Shown: one piece after another, positions 39,539-50,443 of the stretch
Layout: the number at the start of each line of letters is the position of its first letter
Numbering within the stretch: position 1 is the first letter of the stretch
Assembly (NCBI GenBank): GCA_965207735.1
Contig: OZ242296.1
Location: 1,504,001 to 1,568,000, forward strand
From: Candidatus Versatilivorator sp.
GTDB lineage: Bacteria; Acidobacteriota; Terriglobia; Versatilivoradales; Versatilivoraceae
Direction: 5' to 3'
Length of the DNA: 64,000 nt
Translations under genes and position numbers: made by a program
Notes under the pieces: model-generated
What the model was told of the DNA's origin: nothing
What the model saw: the letters and a program-made list of their open reading frames with translations, nothing else
Databases searched by the model: none

Positions 39539-40447
39539 CTACCGTCCTTCCAGCAAACTCTTGCTCACCTTGCAGACCATGGTATAGGCCGGGTCGAAGA
39601 TGTTTCCCAGCTCGTATCGGACGCACTGGGACAAGAGCAGATTGGCGCCCAGCCCATCCAGGCCGTAGTCCTGCTGCAGCCAGCGGAGCATCTCGGTGGT
39701 GGCGTGCTGGGTGGCCTGATCCAGCGGCCGAGCATTCCCGACGGTAAAAATCCATTCGTCGTTTTCACCTCGCGGCCACCCGATCGACTTGCCCTTGAGA
39801 ACCCGCAGGGTGACGCGGACATCCATGGAAATCTCGATCCCGGTGCCCACGATCTCACCGTCCCCCTGCACGGCGTGTCCGTCTCCCAGAAAAAACAGGG
39901 CTCCCGGCTCGAAAACCGGAAAATAGACCGTCGTCCCCGCCACAAACCCCCGATAGTCCATGTTCCCGCCGTGCTCGGCGGAGGTCGCGGTGGAGATGGC
40001 CTGACCGCCCTTGGCCGCCACGCCGAAACAACCCAGCATGGGCTCCAGCGGGATCACCAGCTGGCCCAGTTTGGACTCCGGGCCGACCAGGGTGGCGGTT
40101 CCCTTCTCGGCCTCCACCCTCCACTCAGCCACCAGAGCCGGGGGCAACTGGCGCACGTAATCGGGATCCACCACGTTGGGCGCAACCGCCGAATAACAAA
40201 ACCCGTAGGCGCGGTTGGGCCGGATCTCCTCCAGGTCCACCGCCAGGGTATCGCCGGGCTCGGCCCCCTCCACGTAAAAGGGCCCGGTCTGAGGGTTGCT
40301 TCTGGGCGTCACCTGCTCGCGCCGGTGGTCGACCCCCCAGGCGTCCACCGTCGTGGTCACCAGCGCATCGCCGTCGCCCACCCGCAAAACCGGCGGATGC
40401 GGCCCCAGGGTGGTGTGGTATCGGGTGGGAGTGAAATGGTGCTCCAT
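39539..40447 (-). CDS. Acetamidase/formamidase family protein
   Basis: TGPFYVEGAEPGD, HGGNMD, GDGHA.QGDGE. Confidence 0.88.
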   Translation of the reverse strand: MEHHFTPTRYHTTLGPHPPVLRVGDGDALVTTTVDAWGVDHRREQVTPRSNPQTGPFYVEGAEPGDTLAVDLEEIRPNRAYGFCYSAVAPNVVDPDYVRQLPPALVAEWRVEAEKGTATLVGPESKLGQLVIPLEPMLGCFGVAAKGGQAISTATSAEHGGNMDYRGFVAGTTVYFPVFEPGALFFLGDGHAVQGDGEIVGTGIEISMDVRVTLRVLKGKSIGWPRGENDEWIFTVGNARPLDQATQHATTEMLRWLQQDYGLDGLGANLLLSQCVRYELGNIFDPAYTMVCKVSKSLLEGR

Positions 40448-40585
40448 GGCTTGGGACTCCGATTCAGGTTCAGAACGATCCAGGGGCTCCGGCGCGGCTG
40501 GCCGGCCGTCTCACCCGGTTGGCTGACGCACCCGCGGCACAGCCCATCTTCCGTATGCCTTCTCGGACCCGGGACCGCAGCGGCC

Positions 40586-42613
40586 TCAAGGACCCGTCTG
40601 GGTCAGCCAGGCAAGGACTTGCTCCCGAGAACGCTCGTCCGACTCAATCTCCAACAGGTCGGCCTTGCCGGCCAGCTCATAGGCCTGCCGAAACCAATCG
40701 GTACTGAAGGACTCCCCTGCATTGTGGATCAGCAGCCGGGTGGCCGGCGCCAGCATGGCGGCGGTCTTGAAGTCCCCCGCCCGCCTCAGCACCGGAACGT
40801 AGAGATGCTCCAGGTAGGACTGGTCCTCCTCGCTCGAGAAACGGGACACGTCCACCAGGGTGCGGTTTAGCCGCGGAGCAAGCGCCCGGGCCAGCAGGCA
40901 CCACAGCCCTCCCTCCCCTACACCGACCAGATTCACCCGGGCCACCTCCGGCCGGCTCTCGAGGTAGGCGATGGCTGTCAGAATGTCCTGAACCCGATTG
41001 GAATCGTCCGTCCGATTGTAGGTAGTGAAGAACGGGTCGCTCATGTCCCGCTTGGCTCGAGCCGCGCCGGTGTTGAAGGCGTCAATGGACATCACCAGGT
41101 GACGCCGAGCCAGCAGCGGCCGGACCCAGGATGCGCCCGGCGCCTCAAGCGCTGCCTTGCCCTCGGGGTGAACCAGCAGCGTGGCCGTCAGATTCCTGCG
41201 CTTCCCTCTTGGAAACCACAGATCGGCCGGCACCTTGTCGCCACGGCCCCCGCGCCCGATATGAAACTCCCGGCTCGCACCCGGCTTGGGAGATGAAACG
41301 GGAACAGCCACCACTTGGCCGGGATCGGGATAGCCGACTGCCAGGGCGTGCCGCAGCGCCGGAGACATAAGCTCCCGGAACCGGGACAGGCCTTCGGAGT
41401 CCCGGGGCCGGAGCCCGTCGATCTGCCGCCGGTAGCTGTCCTTCAGAGAGGCCAGCATCTCCTCCTCGGTGACCGCGGATTCGGGAAGCTCTCGACCGAA
41501 GAAGACCAGCACTTCCGAGGGACTCCCCAGGCGAAAACGCCTCTCGGCAAATTGGCTGGCGTCGCTCTCCCCCAGCAGCCAGCGGCCGAACCAGGCATAG
41601 ACGGACTCCCGGCTCTCCCGGTTGAAGTTGTGGTCGGCCATGGCCTGCATGGTCTGCACCTTGTGGCCGGCGCCCTGCAGGCGATAGACGCTCTGGACGG
41701 CGGGAAATTCCACCCGGGGAGTCTCCCGTGTCCAATCCCCCGAGGCCGAGACCATCAACAGCGGCCGGGGAGCCATCAGGGCCGCGATCTCCATGTTGTT
41801 GGTGTCGAGCCTGAGGTTGGCCTGGTTCTCGCAGATGCAGCCGCCCTGCATGTAGTGGGAAATCATGTTGACCGGCGCCGACACCTTGACTCGATCGTCA
41901 ACCGCGGTCAGCAGGAAAGTCTGGGTCCCCCCTCCCGAGGCCCCGGTGCAGCCAATCCGGCCGGGGTCCACGTCGGGCAGCGACTGCAGGAAATCCACCG
42001 AGCGAATGCTGTTCCAGAGCTGAATCCCCAGCCAGCCGATGCCCCACAGGCTGAAGCTCCTGTCCAGAGGACGGCGATGGTCCTTGACCTGGCGGCTGTC
42101 GTTGTAGGCCAGCATGTCGTAGGCAAAGACCACGTGGCCCTGCCGGGCCAGGTTGATCGCGAGGCCCGGCATCGAAGCGAGGGACTGATTTACCAGCCGC
42201 CCGTAAGCCCAATGGCCATGGGGAGTCAGGATTCCCGGAAAGGGGCCCTTCTTCCCCAACGGACGGTAAAGATTCCCGGCGACAAAAAATCCCGGATAGC
42301 TCTCAAAGAAGACCTTCTCGATGGAATAGTCCCCCTTGGAGACCTTCCCGAAGATCCGCGCCTTGAGGGGACTCTTCTCCACCGGCGGACACAGCCCGGC
42401 GCTGACCTCTATCTGCCGCCGCAGATCCCCGGCCCGCTTCAACCAGGCCTCCTCGGTCAGAAACGGCTGGAAGGTGTAAGGCAGGTGCAGGTGGCGAATT
42501 CGCGTGACCCGCCGGTCGATCTCCGGTAGACCGGTCAGCCCCTGGCTCTCGGCAGGAGCGCTCAGCAACAGAAGGGCCAGACCCGCGAGCAGAAGATGTT
42601 TGCCAGAGATCAT
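40586..42613 (-). CDS. Secreted acetylxylan-esterase-like double alpha/beta hydrolase
   Basis: Signal peptide; PHGH, GASGGGTQT nucleophile elbow, GGCICEN. Confidence 0.8.
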   Translation of the reverse strand: MISGKHLLLAGLALLLLSAPAESQGLTGLPEIDRRVTRIRHLHLPYTFQPFLTEEAWLKRAGDLRRQIEVSAGLCPPVEKSPLKARIFGKVSKGDYSIEKVFFESYPGFFVAGNLYRPLGKKGPFPGILTPHGHWAYGRLVNQSLASMPGLAINLARQGHVVFAYDMLAYNDSRQVKDHRRPLDRSFSLWGIGWLGIQLWNSIRSVDFLQSLPDVDPGRIGCTGASGGGTQTFLLTAVDDRVKVSAPVNMISHYMQGGCICENQANLRLDTNNMEIAALMAPRPLLMVSASGDWTRETPRVEFPAVQSVYRLQGAGHKVQTMQAMADHNFNRESRESVYAWFGRWLLGESDASQFAERRFRLGSPSEVLVFFGRELPESAVTEEEMLASLKDSYRRQIDGLRPRDSEGLSRFRELMSPALRHALAVGYPDPGQVVAVPVSSPKPGASREFHIGRGGRGDKVPADLWFPRGKRRNLTATLLVHPEGKAALEAPGASWVRPLLARRHLVMSIDAFNTGAARAKRDMSDPFFTTYNRTDDSNRVQDILTAIAYLESRPEVARVNLVGVGEGGLWCLLARALAPRLNRTLVDVSRFSSEEDQSYLEHLYVPVLRRAGDFKTAAMLAPATRLLIHNAGESFSTDWFRQAYELAGKADLLEIESDERSREQVLAWLTQTGP

Positions 42614-42723
42614 TGGTGCCTCACCCCAGTTGGACCGTCAACACAAGTCCGGAAAATTCTATCCCAGGAGAGAAACTATTGCGATGCCTGCGCCCGACTT
42701 CCCTGGTAGAGCCAGAATGCCTT

Positions 42724-45360
42724 TTATGGCCGCACCTTCAATTCGCTTGCCGAAATTCGCTTATGAATGTCAACCGCCACCTTCAGCACTTCCGCAGGGG
42801 CGCGCACTGACTCCCCAGAGCGCTGCCGGAGGGCAAGGATCAGGGGTCCCAGGGCACCGGCCTTGGTGCGATCTCCTGAAAGAATCTTGGCAACTTCGCG
42901 CTCAGAAGCGCCGACTGCGATGAAATGAATCCCGAGCCTGATCATGCAGCCAACCGGAACTTGATGGGTTGCCGGGAACAAAGCGTATGCCGAACGAAAC
43001 GCTTCCATGGCGTTCGCTGTTTCCCCACGCGCCATCATCGCGATCGCTCTCACACACCCTCTTTGTGACTCAATCCCGGCCTTCAATTGTCCCCGCAGCA
43101 AAGCGAGCTTCTCTTCAAGCTCCTCACACACCTTGTCGGCCTCTTCTATCCGGCCGGTCTCGACCAGACTCATGCTCTTGAACACCAGGGCTAGCGGCAC
43201 AACGTGCGGCTCCGTATCACTTTCTCCGGCGCCACCGACGAATCCAATCAACTCATCGTACGACTCTATTGCCCCTGCGAAATCGTCCATTGCACCTTGC
43301 ATGAACGCCCGATTCATGAATGCGCTGATTACCAAGCGTTTGATTTGAATGTCCTTAGTCGTTCGAAAACCGCCGATCACCTCATCGAGTGCTGCAAGAG
43401 CGGTCTCATCGTCGCCGAGTTGCAATCGCGCGATGAAAGCCTTTCGGGTCAACGCGATGGCGATTGTTTCCTGCAATTCGGCCGCCTCATGGCCTCGAAA
43501 ACGATCCAGAATGTTGTCGAACATTGAAACGGCAGTCTCGTAGTCACCGAGTTGCCTTTTGATTTCCGCCGTCAAAAGCAGGCCTGCTCCGACAAATTGT
43601 TGGAACTGGGGATGGTTGTATTTTCCGAACCAATCGACTAGCTCCCCTGCACTGGCGACGGCCTTGGGAAAATCGCCAAGTTCAAAATGCGAGGCCGATT
43701 TCCGATAAAGAATCAGCGCGGATCGAATAAGAATGGACGTGTCTCGGCTGCCTCGAAGCCGATCGAGAATCTCCGAGGCGACTGCAGTCACCTTCTCGAA
43801 ATCTCCCATGCCGAAATAGGCTTTAACCCTCAATTGCGCCAAAATCACCAAGTCATGCTCCTGGGAGGTCTTGGAACGATAGGTCCAACCCGCGGCAACA
43901 TACTGATCGATGCATTCGATCGCTCGCATCCATTCCCCAACCCGAAGTGCGGATTCAATCTCCTCCCGAAGACGGATTTGAGCCTCCGAACCACGATAAT
44001 CCAAGGCTGTCTCCGACACACGTTGCAGGCGATCCCAGACGATTCTTGAATCCAGGTCCGTTTCGACCGGTCGTTTGGTGAGAGCACGGTCGATTCCACT
44101 CAGCAAGGAGGGCGAGTCCTTCACATCGGACCAAAGCGTGTCAAATACCGGATTAAGGACGGAAGTGTCGTAAAACGCCACCATGAACCGGATGAGACTC
44201 TCTACCACCGCCGCTTCGTCACGCTCGCGACGAAGCTTGTAATAGATGCTGTAGAGGGGTTCTGCGGCGCAATAGAGCCGCTTCTTACTACCTGTCCAGC
44301 GGTCCGGCGCCACCACTCCGCGATCAATCAAACGCCCGAGCATGGTCGAGACCACACGAACGTCCATGCGGGCGCGCTCGGCGATCTCGCCGGTGCTTGA
44401 AGGCTGCCAGAGGTCCATGATTGCGATGTAAACCCGCCTCTCGCTCTTCGGCAAGGCTTCCAGATGGCCGCGGAAGTACTCGGTTTGTTCGTCGATCAGG
44501 CGGACGAGCTCTTCCATCAACGCACGAAGCGAGCGGTGTTTGGAGAAACCGGCCACGACCACCAGCAGCCGGGGATTTCCGCCCGTCAGGATCTCAAGCG
44601 GCCGGATTTCCCGCGCACTGACCCGATCTCGGCTGACCGCCTGCCACAAACGGTGGCATTCTTCGGTCGCCAACGGCGTAAGGTCGATGACTCGGAACAA
44701 TTCGAAAAAGGGTTCTTCCGCGTCGTCCAGTCCCTCGAACCGGCTGGTTGCCGAAGCAAGCATCATGATCTGGGACTCGGACTGGAGCGCTGCTCGAAGC
44801 TGCCAGCCGAAATCGTCGTCGACACTTCCGCAGAGCGTTTGCAGGTTCTCGACCATAAGCACGAGCTTCCGGCCGATGCGTTCCGCCGCGTTGAGAACCA
44901 CGGCGCGGGCACGGTCCCCCAGGGCTCGCTCGCGCCAGCGTCCGGATAAATCCGCATGCGTTTCTCGCAGCTCCCGGGCAAGTTCCGGATAACTTGCCGC
45001 ACTCTCTCTTGCCAGATGGAACAGCGTCTCCAACCAGAAGTCCGCCACATCGAATATTTCATGGCTCTCTTCCATGAATCGAACCGGCAACAGGAATCGG
45101 GAGAACTTGTCTTTGGTACGCAGCTCCGCCGCGGCGCGAGCCAGCAGCATCGTTTTTCCTCTGCCGCGCGGAGCAACGATCAGGACATGCTGGCAAGAAG
45201 GCGATTCGATGTTCCCCTGCAGTATTTCGAGCACGGTATCGAGCTCGCGGTTTCTGACTACGAACTGATCCACCACCTTTTGGTCGGACTGGAACATGCC
45301 CGGATTGAACTCTCGGACCAAATTCCCCGGGGGTCTCGCGCCGGGGATTTTCCTGGTCAT
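42724..45360 (-). CDS. P-loop ATPase - wHTH - TPR protein (STAND-like)
   Basis: APRGRGKT, variant Walker B MVENL, GGNPR, HTH (GEIAERAR...STMLGRL), TPR tail. Confidence 0.75.
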   Translation of the reverse strand: MTRKIPGARPPGNLVREFNPGMFQSDQKVVDQFVVRNRELDTVLEILQGNIESPSCQHVLIVAPRGRGKTMLLARAAAELRTKDKFSRFLLPVRFMEESHEIFDVADFWLETLFHLARESAASYPELARELRETHADLSGRWRERALGDRARAVVLNAAERIGRKLVLMVENLQTLCGSVDDDFGWQLRAALQSESQIMMLASATSRFEGLDDAEEPFFELFRVIDLTPLATEECHRLWQAVSRDRVSAREIRPLEILTGGNPRLLVVVAGFSKHRSLRALMEELVRLIDEQTEYFRGHLEALPKSERRVYIAIMDLWQPSSTGEIAERARMDVRVVSTMLGRLIDRGVVAPDRWTGSKKRLYCAAEPLYSIYYKLRRERDEAAVVESLIRFMVAFYDTSVLNPVFDTLWSDVKDSPSLLSGIDRALTKRPVETDLDSRIVWDRLQRVSETALDYRGSEAQIRLREEIESALRVGEWMRAIECIDQYVAAGWTYRSKTSQEHDLVILAQLRVKAYFGMGDFEKVTAVASEILDRLRGSRDTSILIRSALILYRKSASHFELGDFPKAVASAGELVDWFGKYNHPQFQQFVGAGLLLTAEIKRQLGDYETAVSMFDNILDRFRGHEAAELQETIAIALTRKAFIARLQLGDDETALAALDEVIGGFRTTKDIQIKRLVISAFMNRAFMQGAMDDFAGAIESYDELIGFVGGAGESDTEPHVVPLALVFKSMSLVETGRIEEADKVCEELEEKLALLRGQLKAGIESQRGCVRAIAMMARGETANAMEAFRSAYALFPATHQVPVGCMIRLGIHFIAVGASEREVAKILSGDRTKAGALGPLILALRQRSGESVRAPAEVLKVAVDIHKRISASELKVRP

Positions 45361-46601
45361 GGCGCTGTTTCTCCAGAGTCGTCATTGGTGCGCCGGCGTT
45401 CCAGCGGCACGTAGTGCCCACGGAAGCGAGCCGACCACCAGTCTCGAAGCAAACGCGAAGGAAAGCTGTAGCCTTCTTCGGTGCTTTCGAGATATCCGTC
45501 GTGAATCAGAACCTCGAGGGTGTCTGCAATCCGGACAGACGGATTGTCGGTGAGCCCGGAGGACAACGTCGCAAGTCGGCGCCTTGCCCCATCCGTAAAC
45601 ACTCCTTGAGTAGCAGTTTCCGCCAGGACGTGCATGGCGAGCGAATAGCTGTCGTTGTCGAGAGCTTCCTTGAGGCGCGTCTCGTAGTGGACGAGATCGG
45701 TCTGTCCCCAAGGCCCCAGGAGTGCGGTGCGATAGACCTGAGCGACATCTTTCACCGTCACATGCTTCCCCCCATGCATTGTCGAGAAATCTCTCAAGCG
45801 TGCGAAGAAGGACTGCACGTGATGGGGAATCCCGATGCCGAGTGCCTCATACACCGCCTCAGCCACCCCGCCCGCAATGTGCAATCGGTGGCTCCGCGCA
45901 AGCCGCTCGATGCACGCAACGCTCACCTCCCTGCTCCATGGCTCCAAGCGCAGGGGGAACAGATGATTGATGCGGTCAGGAATTCCGATCCTTCTCACCA
46001 AAGGGCTCAGCCCGATGCTGCCCGATACGATGAGAACGAGCGATTCCTCTTCAAGTGACTGCAGCACGCCCCGCAGCCAACTCAGAAACTCGTCGACGCG
46101 CCGCTTGTCGCCGTCGCGATTGAGCATGCGCTTGAGGAAGATGGGCAGTTCGTCAATGATCAAGAGCACCGGCTGCTCGTGGGATGCGCAGTTGAACAAC
46201 AATTGTTCTCCGTGACGTCTCCAGCTTCCGGCATCCAACCCGGCACGGATTTTCACGCTGAAGTCCAGCGCACTAATTTCTTCGACATTGCCTTTCAGCA
46301 CACGCGTCATCGTGCGTGCAAAGCGCGATGCGATGGACCCAACAGGATGCGCTGCCCTGGCGATTTCAGCAATTGCATCCTCTGCGCAAGTTGCACCCTC
46401 GACGTCCGCGAACAGAAAGATCCAACCCTCGGACTCGAGCCGGGATCCGAGCTCACGCAGGATGCTTGTTTTTCCCATGCGCCGCTGCCCGGTCAGCAAT
46501 ACATGGTTCCGCTCGCGAACCCGCGTCTCGAGCACGTCCAATTCGCGCTCCCGGTCAAAGAAATCTTTGCCGCATACCCAACGGCCGGTGGATGACCTCA
46601 T
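45357..46601 (-). CDS. Archaeal-ATPase-like P-loop NTPase
   Basis: FFDRERE, GQRRMGKT, LIIDE, GIPHHVQ; ATGA overlap with the next gene. Confidence 0.8.
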   Translation of the reverse strand: MRSSTGRWVCGKDFFDRERELDVLETRVRERNHVLLTGQRRMGKTSILRELGSRLESEGWIFLFADVEGATCAEDAIAEIARAAHPVGSIASRFARTMTRVLKGNVEEISALDFSVKIRAGLDAGSWRRHGEQLLFNCASHEQPVLLIIDELPIFLKRMLNRDGDKRRVDEFLSWLRGVLQSLEEESLVLIVSGSIGLSPLVRRIGIPDRINHLFPLRLEPWSREVSVACIERLARSHRLHIAGGVAEAVYEALGIGIPHHVQSFFARLRDFSTMHGGKHVTVKDVAQVYRTALLGPWGQTDLVHYETRLKEALDNDSYSLAMHVLAETATQGVFTDGARRRLATLSSGLTDNPSVRIADTLEVLIHDGYLESTEEGYSFPSRLLRDWWSARFRGHYVPLERRRTNDDSGETAP

Positions 46602-46637
46602 GATTCCGCCTTATTCATCAACCCACTGTACACGTTG

Positions 46638-46682
46638 AATGTAGATAACATCGAAAGCGTTGTCAACAATATTGTTGTCAAC
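46638..46682 (-). promoter_or_regulatory. Sigma70-type promoter with overlapping near-palindrome
   Basis: Minus strand TTGACA-17 nt-TACATT; second TTGACA upstream within GTTGACAACAATATTGTTGACAAC. Confidence 0.65.
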
Positions 46683-46988
46683 AAGACCGTGTAGTTCATC
46701 CCGCTCTTGGCTGAGACCATGCTCACCGAAGAAAACGTTGAACCGGACCTGTAATTCCGCGCGATCTGCAATTCACTTCCGAAATCGGCCCGCTACTGGC
46801 CACCGGATAAGCTTGGAACCGCAAAGAAGCAGCCGAAAGAGTCCGCTCCCAACTGATCTCATGACTGACCAGTTGATCTCGGGTGGGGCGACAGCCTGGG
46901 CGGAGAAACTATTGAGATGAGGAGTTGAGTTACGGAGACATGAACGCGAAAATAGAGCCTTACTATTCGACGATCACCGGGAGTCAAA

Positions 46989-47537
46989 ATGACTGAAGAC
47001 CTTCAGAAGTTGCGTTACCCGATCGGCCAATTTGAACCTCCTTCCCGCGTAGACCAGGATCAGATCGTGAGGTGGATCAACGACATTGAAGCCCTCCCTG
47101 CCAATCTCAGGAAGGCCGTCAAGGGATTGACGGACACCCAACTGGACACGCCCTATCGTCCCGGGGGCTGGACGATCCGCCAGGTGATTCACCACTTGCC
47201 GGACAGTCATATGAACAGTTTCATGAGGTTTAAATGGGCCCTGACCGAGGACCGGCCCAGGATCAAGCCCTATTTCGAGGACCGCTGGGCGGAACTGGCG
47301 GACTACTCGGTGACTCCGGTCGCGGCATCACTGGATCTGTTGGACGGGCTCCATCGGCGCTGGGTGGCGCTCTTGCGCTCCCTGACCGGGAAGGATTTCG
47401 AAAGGACGTTCATTCACCCCGAATCCGGTCTGGTGAACCTGCCGGAAACCATTGGATCCTATGCCTGGCACGGACGGCATCACCTGGCACATATCCGGGA
47501 GGCGATCCGTCGGGAAGGGTGGAAACGTGAATGGTGA
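46989..47537 (+). CDS. yfiT: DinB/YfiT-family thiol S-transferase
   Basis: LRYPIG, YRPGGWTIRQVIHHLPDSH, YAWHGRHHLAHI. Confidence 0.88.
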   Translation: MTEDLQKLRYPIGQFEPPSRVDQDQIVRWINDIEALPANLRKAVKGLTDTQLDTPYRPGGWTIRQVIHHLPDSHMNSFMRFKWALTEDRPRIKPYFEDRWAELADYSVTPVAASLDLLDGLHRRWVALLRSLTGKDFERTFIHPESGLVNLPETIGSYAWHGRHHLAHIREAIRREGWKREW

Positions 47538-47660
47538 CGCAGTCGTTATAGGACAATCGGACAAAGTTGCTGCTGCATTTGTACTCAATTTCGTAAAGGA
47601 GACAACAGCCTCAATAGATATTCTTGACCGACTTGGTCAGGACTCACGTCCGATGCTCTA

Positions 47661-49054
47661 GCCCGAATTTCTCACCAAAGGCAGGAAGCATCGGTTCTCG
47701 GAATCTGGTAAAATACTCTTGTCTAAGGAGTTAACCAGATTCTTAAAGGAGAACCGATGCCGACACAGTGTACCACCAACCCCCTGGAGTATGAACCGCA
47801 CGGCCGCCGCCGTGTGGTAGCTGATTTCGACGGCGGTCCCATCACTTCCGATGCCGGCGCCCTGTTGTTGCACCGGGTGGATCGGCACCTGTCTCTCTCT
47901 GACCAGGTAGCGGCCTGCTTCACCGATCACCGCGACCCAAAGCGGATCCAATACAGCCTGCTCACCCTCATCGCCCAGCGCATCCGAGGCATCGCCCTCG
48001 GCTACTACAAGGGCTACTGCTATCTGCCCCTCTACATCTTCTCGGGCCGCCATCTGCTCTCGGCCCTGCTCAGACCCGCCAACATCGATGCCTCCGCCGG
48101 TGCTCTGCAGCAAGTCCAGCGCATCGTCTCCCGCCTACGGCGTGTCTGGCCTCAGGTCAAGATCCTGCTGCGGGCCGACTCCGGCTTTGCCCGTGAGGAA
48201 CTGATGGGGTGGTGTGAGCAGCATCAGGTCGACTATCTCTTCGGCCTGGCCCGCAACTCCCGCCTCCAAGACGCCATCGCCCCCGAGTTGGCTCAGGCCC
48301 AGGCCCTCTCAGACCAGCAACAGCAGCCCGCCCGGATCTTCACCGACCTCTCCTACCGCACTCACAAGAGCTGGTCCCGTGAGCGCCGCGTGGTCGCCAA
48401 AGCCGAGGTCCTGCCCCGTGGACCCAACCCCCGCTTCGTCGTCACCTCTCTGTCGGTCCAGGACGACCCCGCTCAGTTCCTCTACGAGAAGATCTACTGT
48501 GCCCGCGGAGAGATGGAAAACCGCATCAAGGAACAGCAACTCGACCTGTTTGCCGATCGCACCTCCACCCACTCCTTCCGAGCGAATCAGCTCCGGCTCC
48601 TGATGACCTCTTTCGCCTATGTGCTGGTGGAGGGCTTGCGCCGGCGGGCGCTGCAATCCACCTGCCTGGCCCGGGCCACCGTCGGTTCCATCCGACTCAA
48701 ACTGCTCAAGATCGGCGCTCAGGTCACCATCTCGGTCCGTCGCATCAAGGTCGCCATGGCTTCCGGCTGTCCCTACCAGAGGGAGTTCCGCATCGCCTGG
48801 GCTCGCCTTCCGCCCTGAGGTGCCCTGACTTGACCGTCACTCCTGGTCCTTGAAGACGCGGCCACCCGGCTCGGTGGCAGAGGTGTCGCTGTATTCGAGG
48901 GAAAATGCCGCCTGAGGGTCCTCGGAGAGCCTCACAAGCCTTCGCTGTTGGCCTTTGCCTGCCGATCCAGCCACCAACCTTGTTAAACTCGCCCTCAAAC
49001 GCCTCCATGGCACCTTTCACCGCTCTTTTGCGAACTCTGGTGAGAAATAGGGCC
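47661..49054 (+). mobile_element. IS1380-family element; transposase 47757-48818 internally deleted
   Basis: IRs GCCC(G/T)A(A/T)TTCTCACCA; FDGG.ITSDAG, RADSGF, RGEMENRIKE; jump ALGY|YKGYCY removes part of the N-terminal region. Confidence 0.85.
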
Positions 49055-49385
49055 AGCCATCGCCCAAAGGAGAGCAGCGACAAGTTCCCAGTTTTCTCGT
49101 TTTCTGGAAACTACGAGACTCTGGAGAGCGTCTGCAGATCCGTCGACAATGACTATGGATTCAAGCAGTAAATCCCACAGATCCAGACGTGGCTGACGGT
49201 GCAGACTGGGCTCACACCTGACAGCTATCATGACTAATGGCAATGGCCGATGCTTAGGCGATACGGGAGGGACTGCCCAACGACACCAGAAAAGATCGTC
49301 CGGCAGCTACTCAACCGAACATCCCTGGCAGGTAAAGTGTCTGGTGCTGGGCGACACCGTACACCTAGCTGCCAAAAACTGTCTA

Positions 49386-50443
49386 CTACGGCAACAATTC
49401 GAATGATTCATATGCCACTCGCTCACCACCAAGTTCCCTAACATGTTTGGTTTGGTACCGCTCAACGGTACGATGAAGTTGTTTCACCTCATCGCTACCC
49501 AAAACCGAAATTTCGGAATCCCGGTGGCCAAGTGAACCAAAGCTCGACCCTAACCGGAGACCAGCAGATTTCGATAGTAACCAGCGGTCATGAAAAGGAG
49601 CTTCCCCACTCTTTATGAAGCCCACCACTAGGACCTCAGTTTCCGGTGGAGAGTGTTCGCATAACCGTCGCCATGCAGTGGAATAGGCGTCTGACAAGCT
49701 ACTAGAACCGTTTCTCTGAGCAGCTTTCCCCGTTATCACGCGCACCTTCAAGTTCGGATCTATCTCCACTACGAGCATCACTAGTTCTAAGTCACTCGCG
49801 CGAAAGTAAGGGTCGACGATCAATACAAATTCTTCGGTGCTCGCTTTTATCCAATCCTTTAGGAATCCTATAGCCTTTTGTCGCTCCCCGCTCAGAATGA
49901 CAATTTGATTCTCATTGGTTCCAGAATCCTGCCACGTGGGGTTAAAACCCAAACGTCTACTTGACTCTGCCATCGTAAAGAAAAACTCTGCCCCCTTCAC
50001 AACGCCGTCGAACATAGATCTAAGATAGTTAACCGCCTCTGGAGTGCTCGAGTATTGCAATATTCCATTGGACAGCGCCCACGAGTACATTGGGTAGGAC
50101 GTAGACAAAGGATAGTTGCTGGCACAAGCAAGCATGTCCCGTAATCGTGGCATATACGTCGGAATCATCCTCCCTGCGTTTAGTGTTCCAAGCGCTCTCC
50201 ACGCCGCAGCTGCCAGTGTCGGATCATTCCTTAGCGAACCCAGGTCGATATTACTGCGGTGGTCTCCTATGTCCTTTCTTAGTTGGTGCGCATCTAGCTG
50301 TCTTTGTGCTCGTTTTTTGTACTCATCTCGAGCAGGATCGTCATCACACAGCACGGCCAAATTCATTGGTAAATCTGGATCAACTTTGTAAGCAAGATCA
50401 ACTATTGCGTGTTCCATAATCGCATTGCGACGATTATTGGATT
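49386..50443 (-). pseudogene. 5'-truncated gene with C-terminal PLD-like domain
   Basis: IVDPYF, FHDRWL, LGSS motifs; the N-terminus in the ORF track comes from the IS end. Confidence 0.6.
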
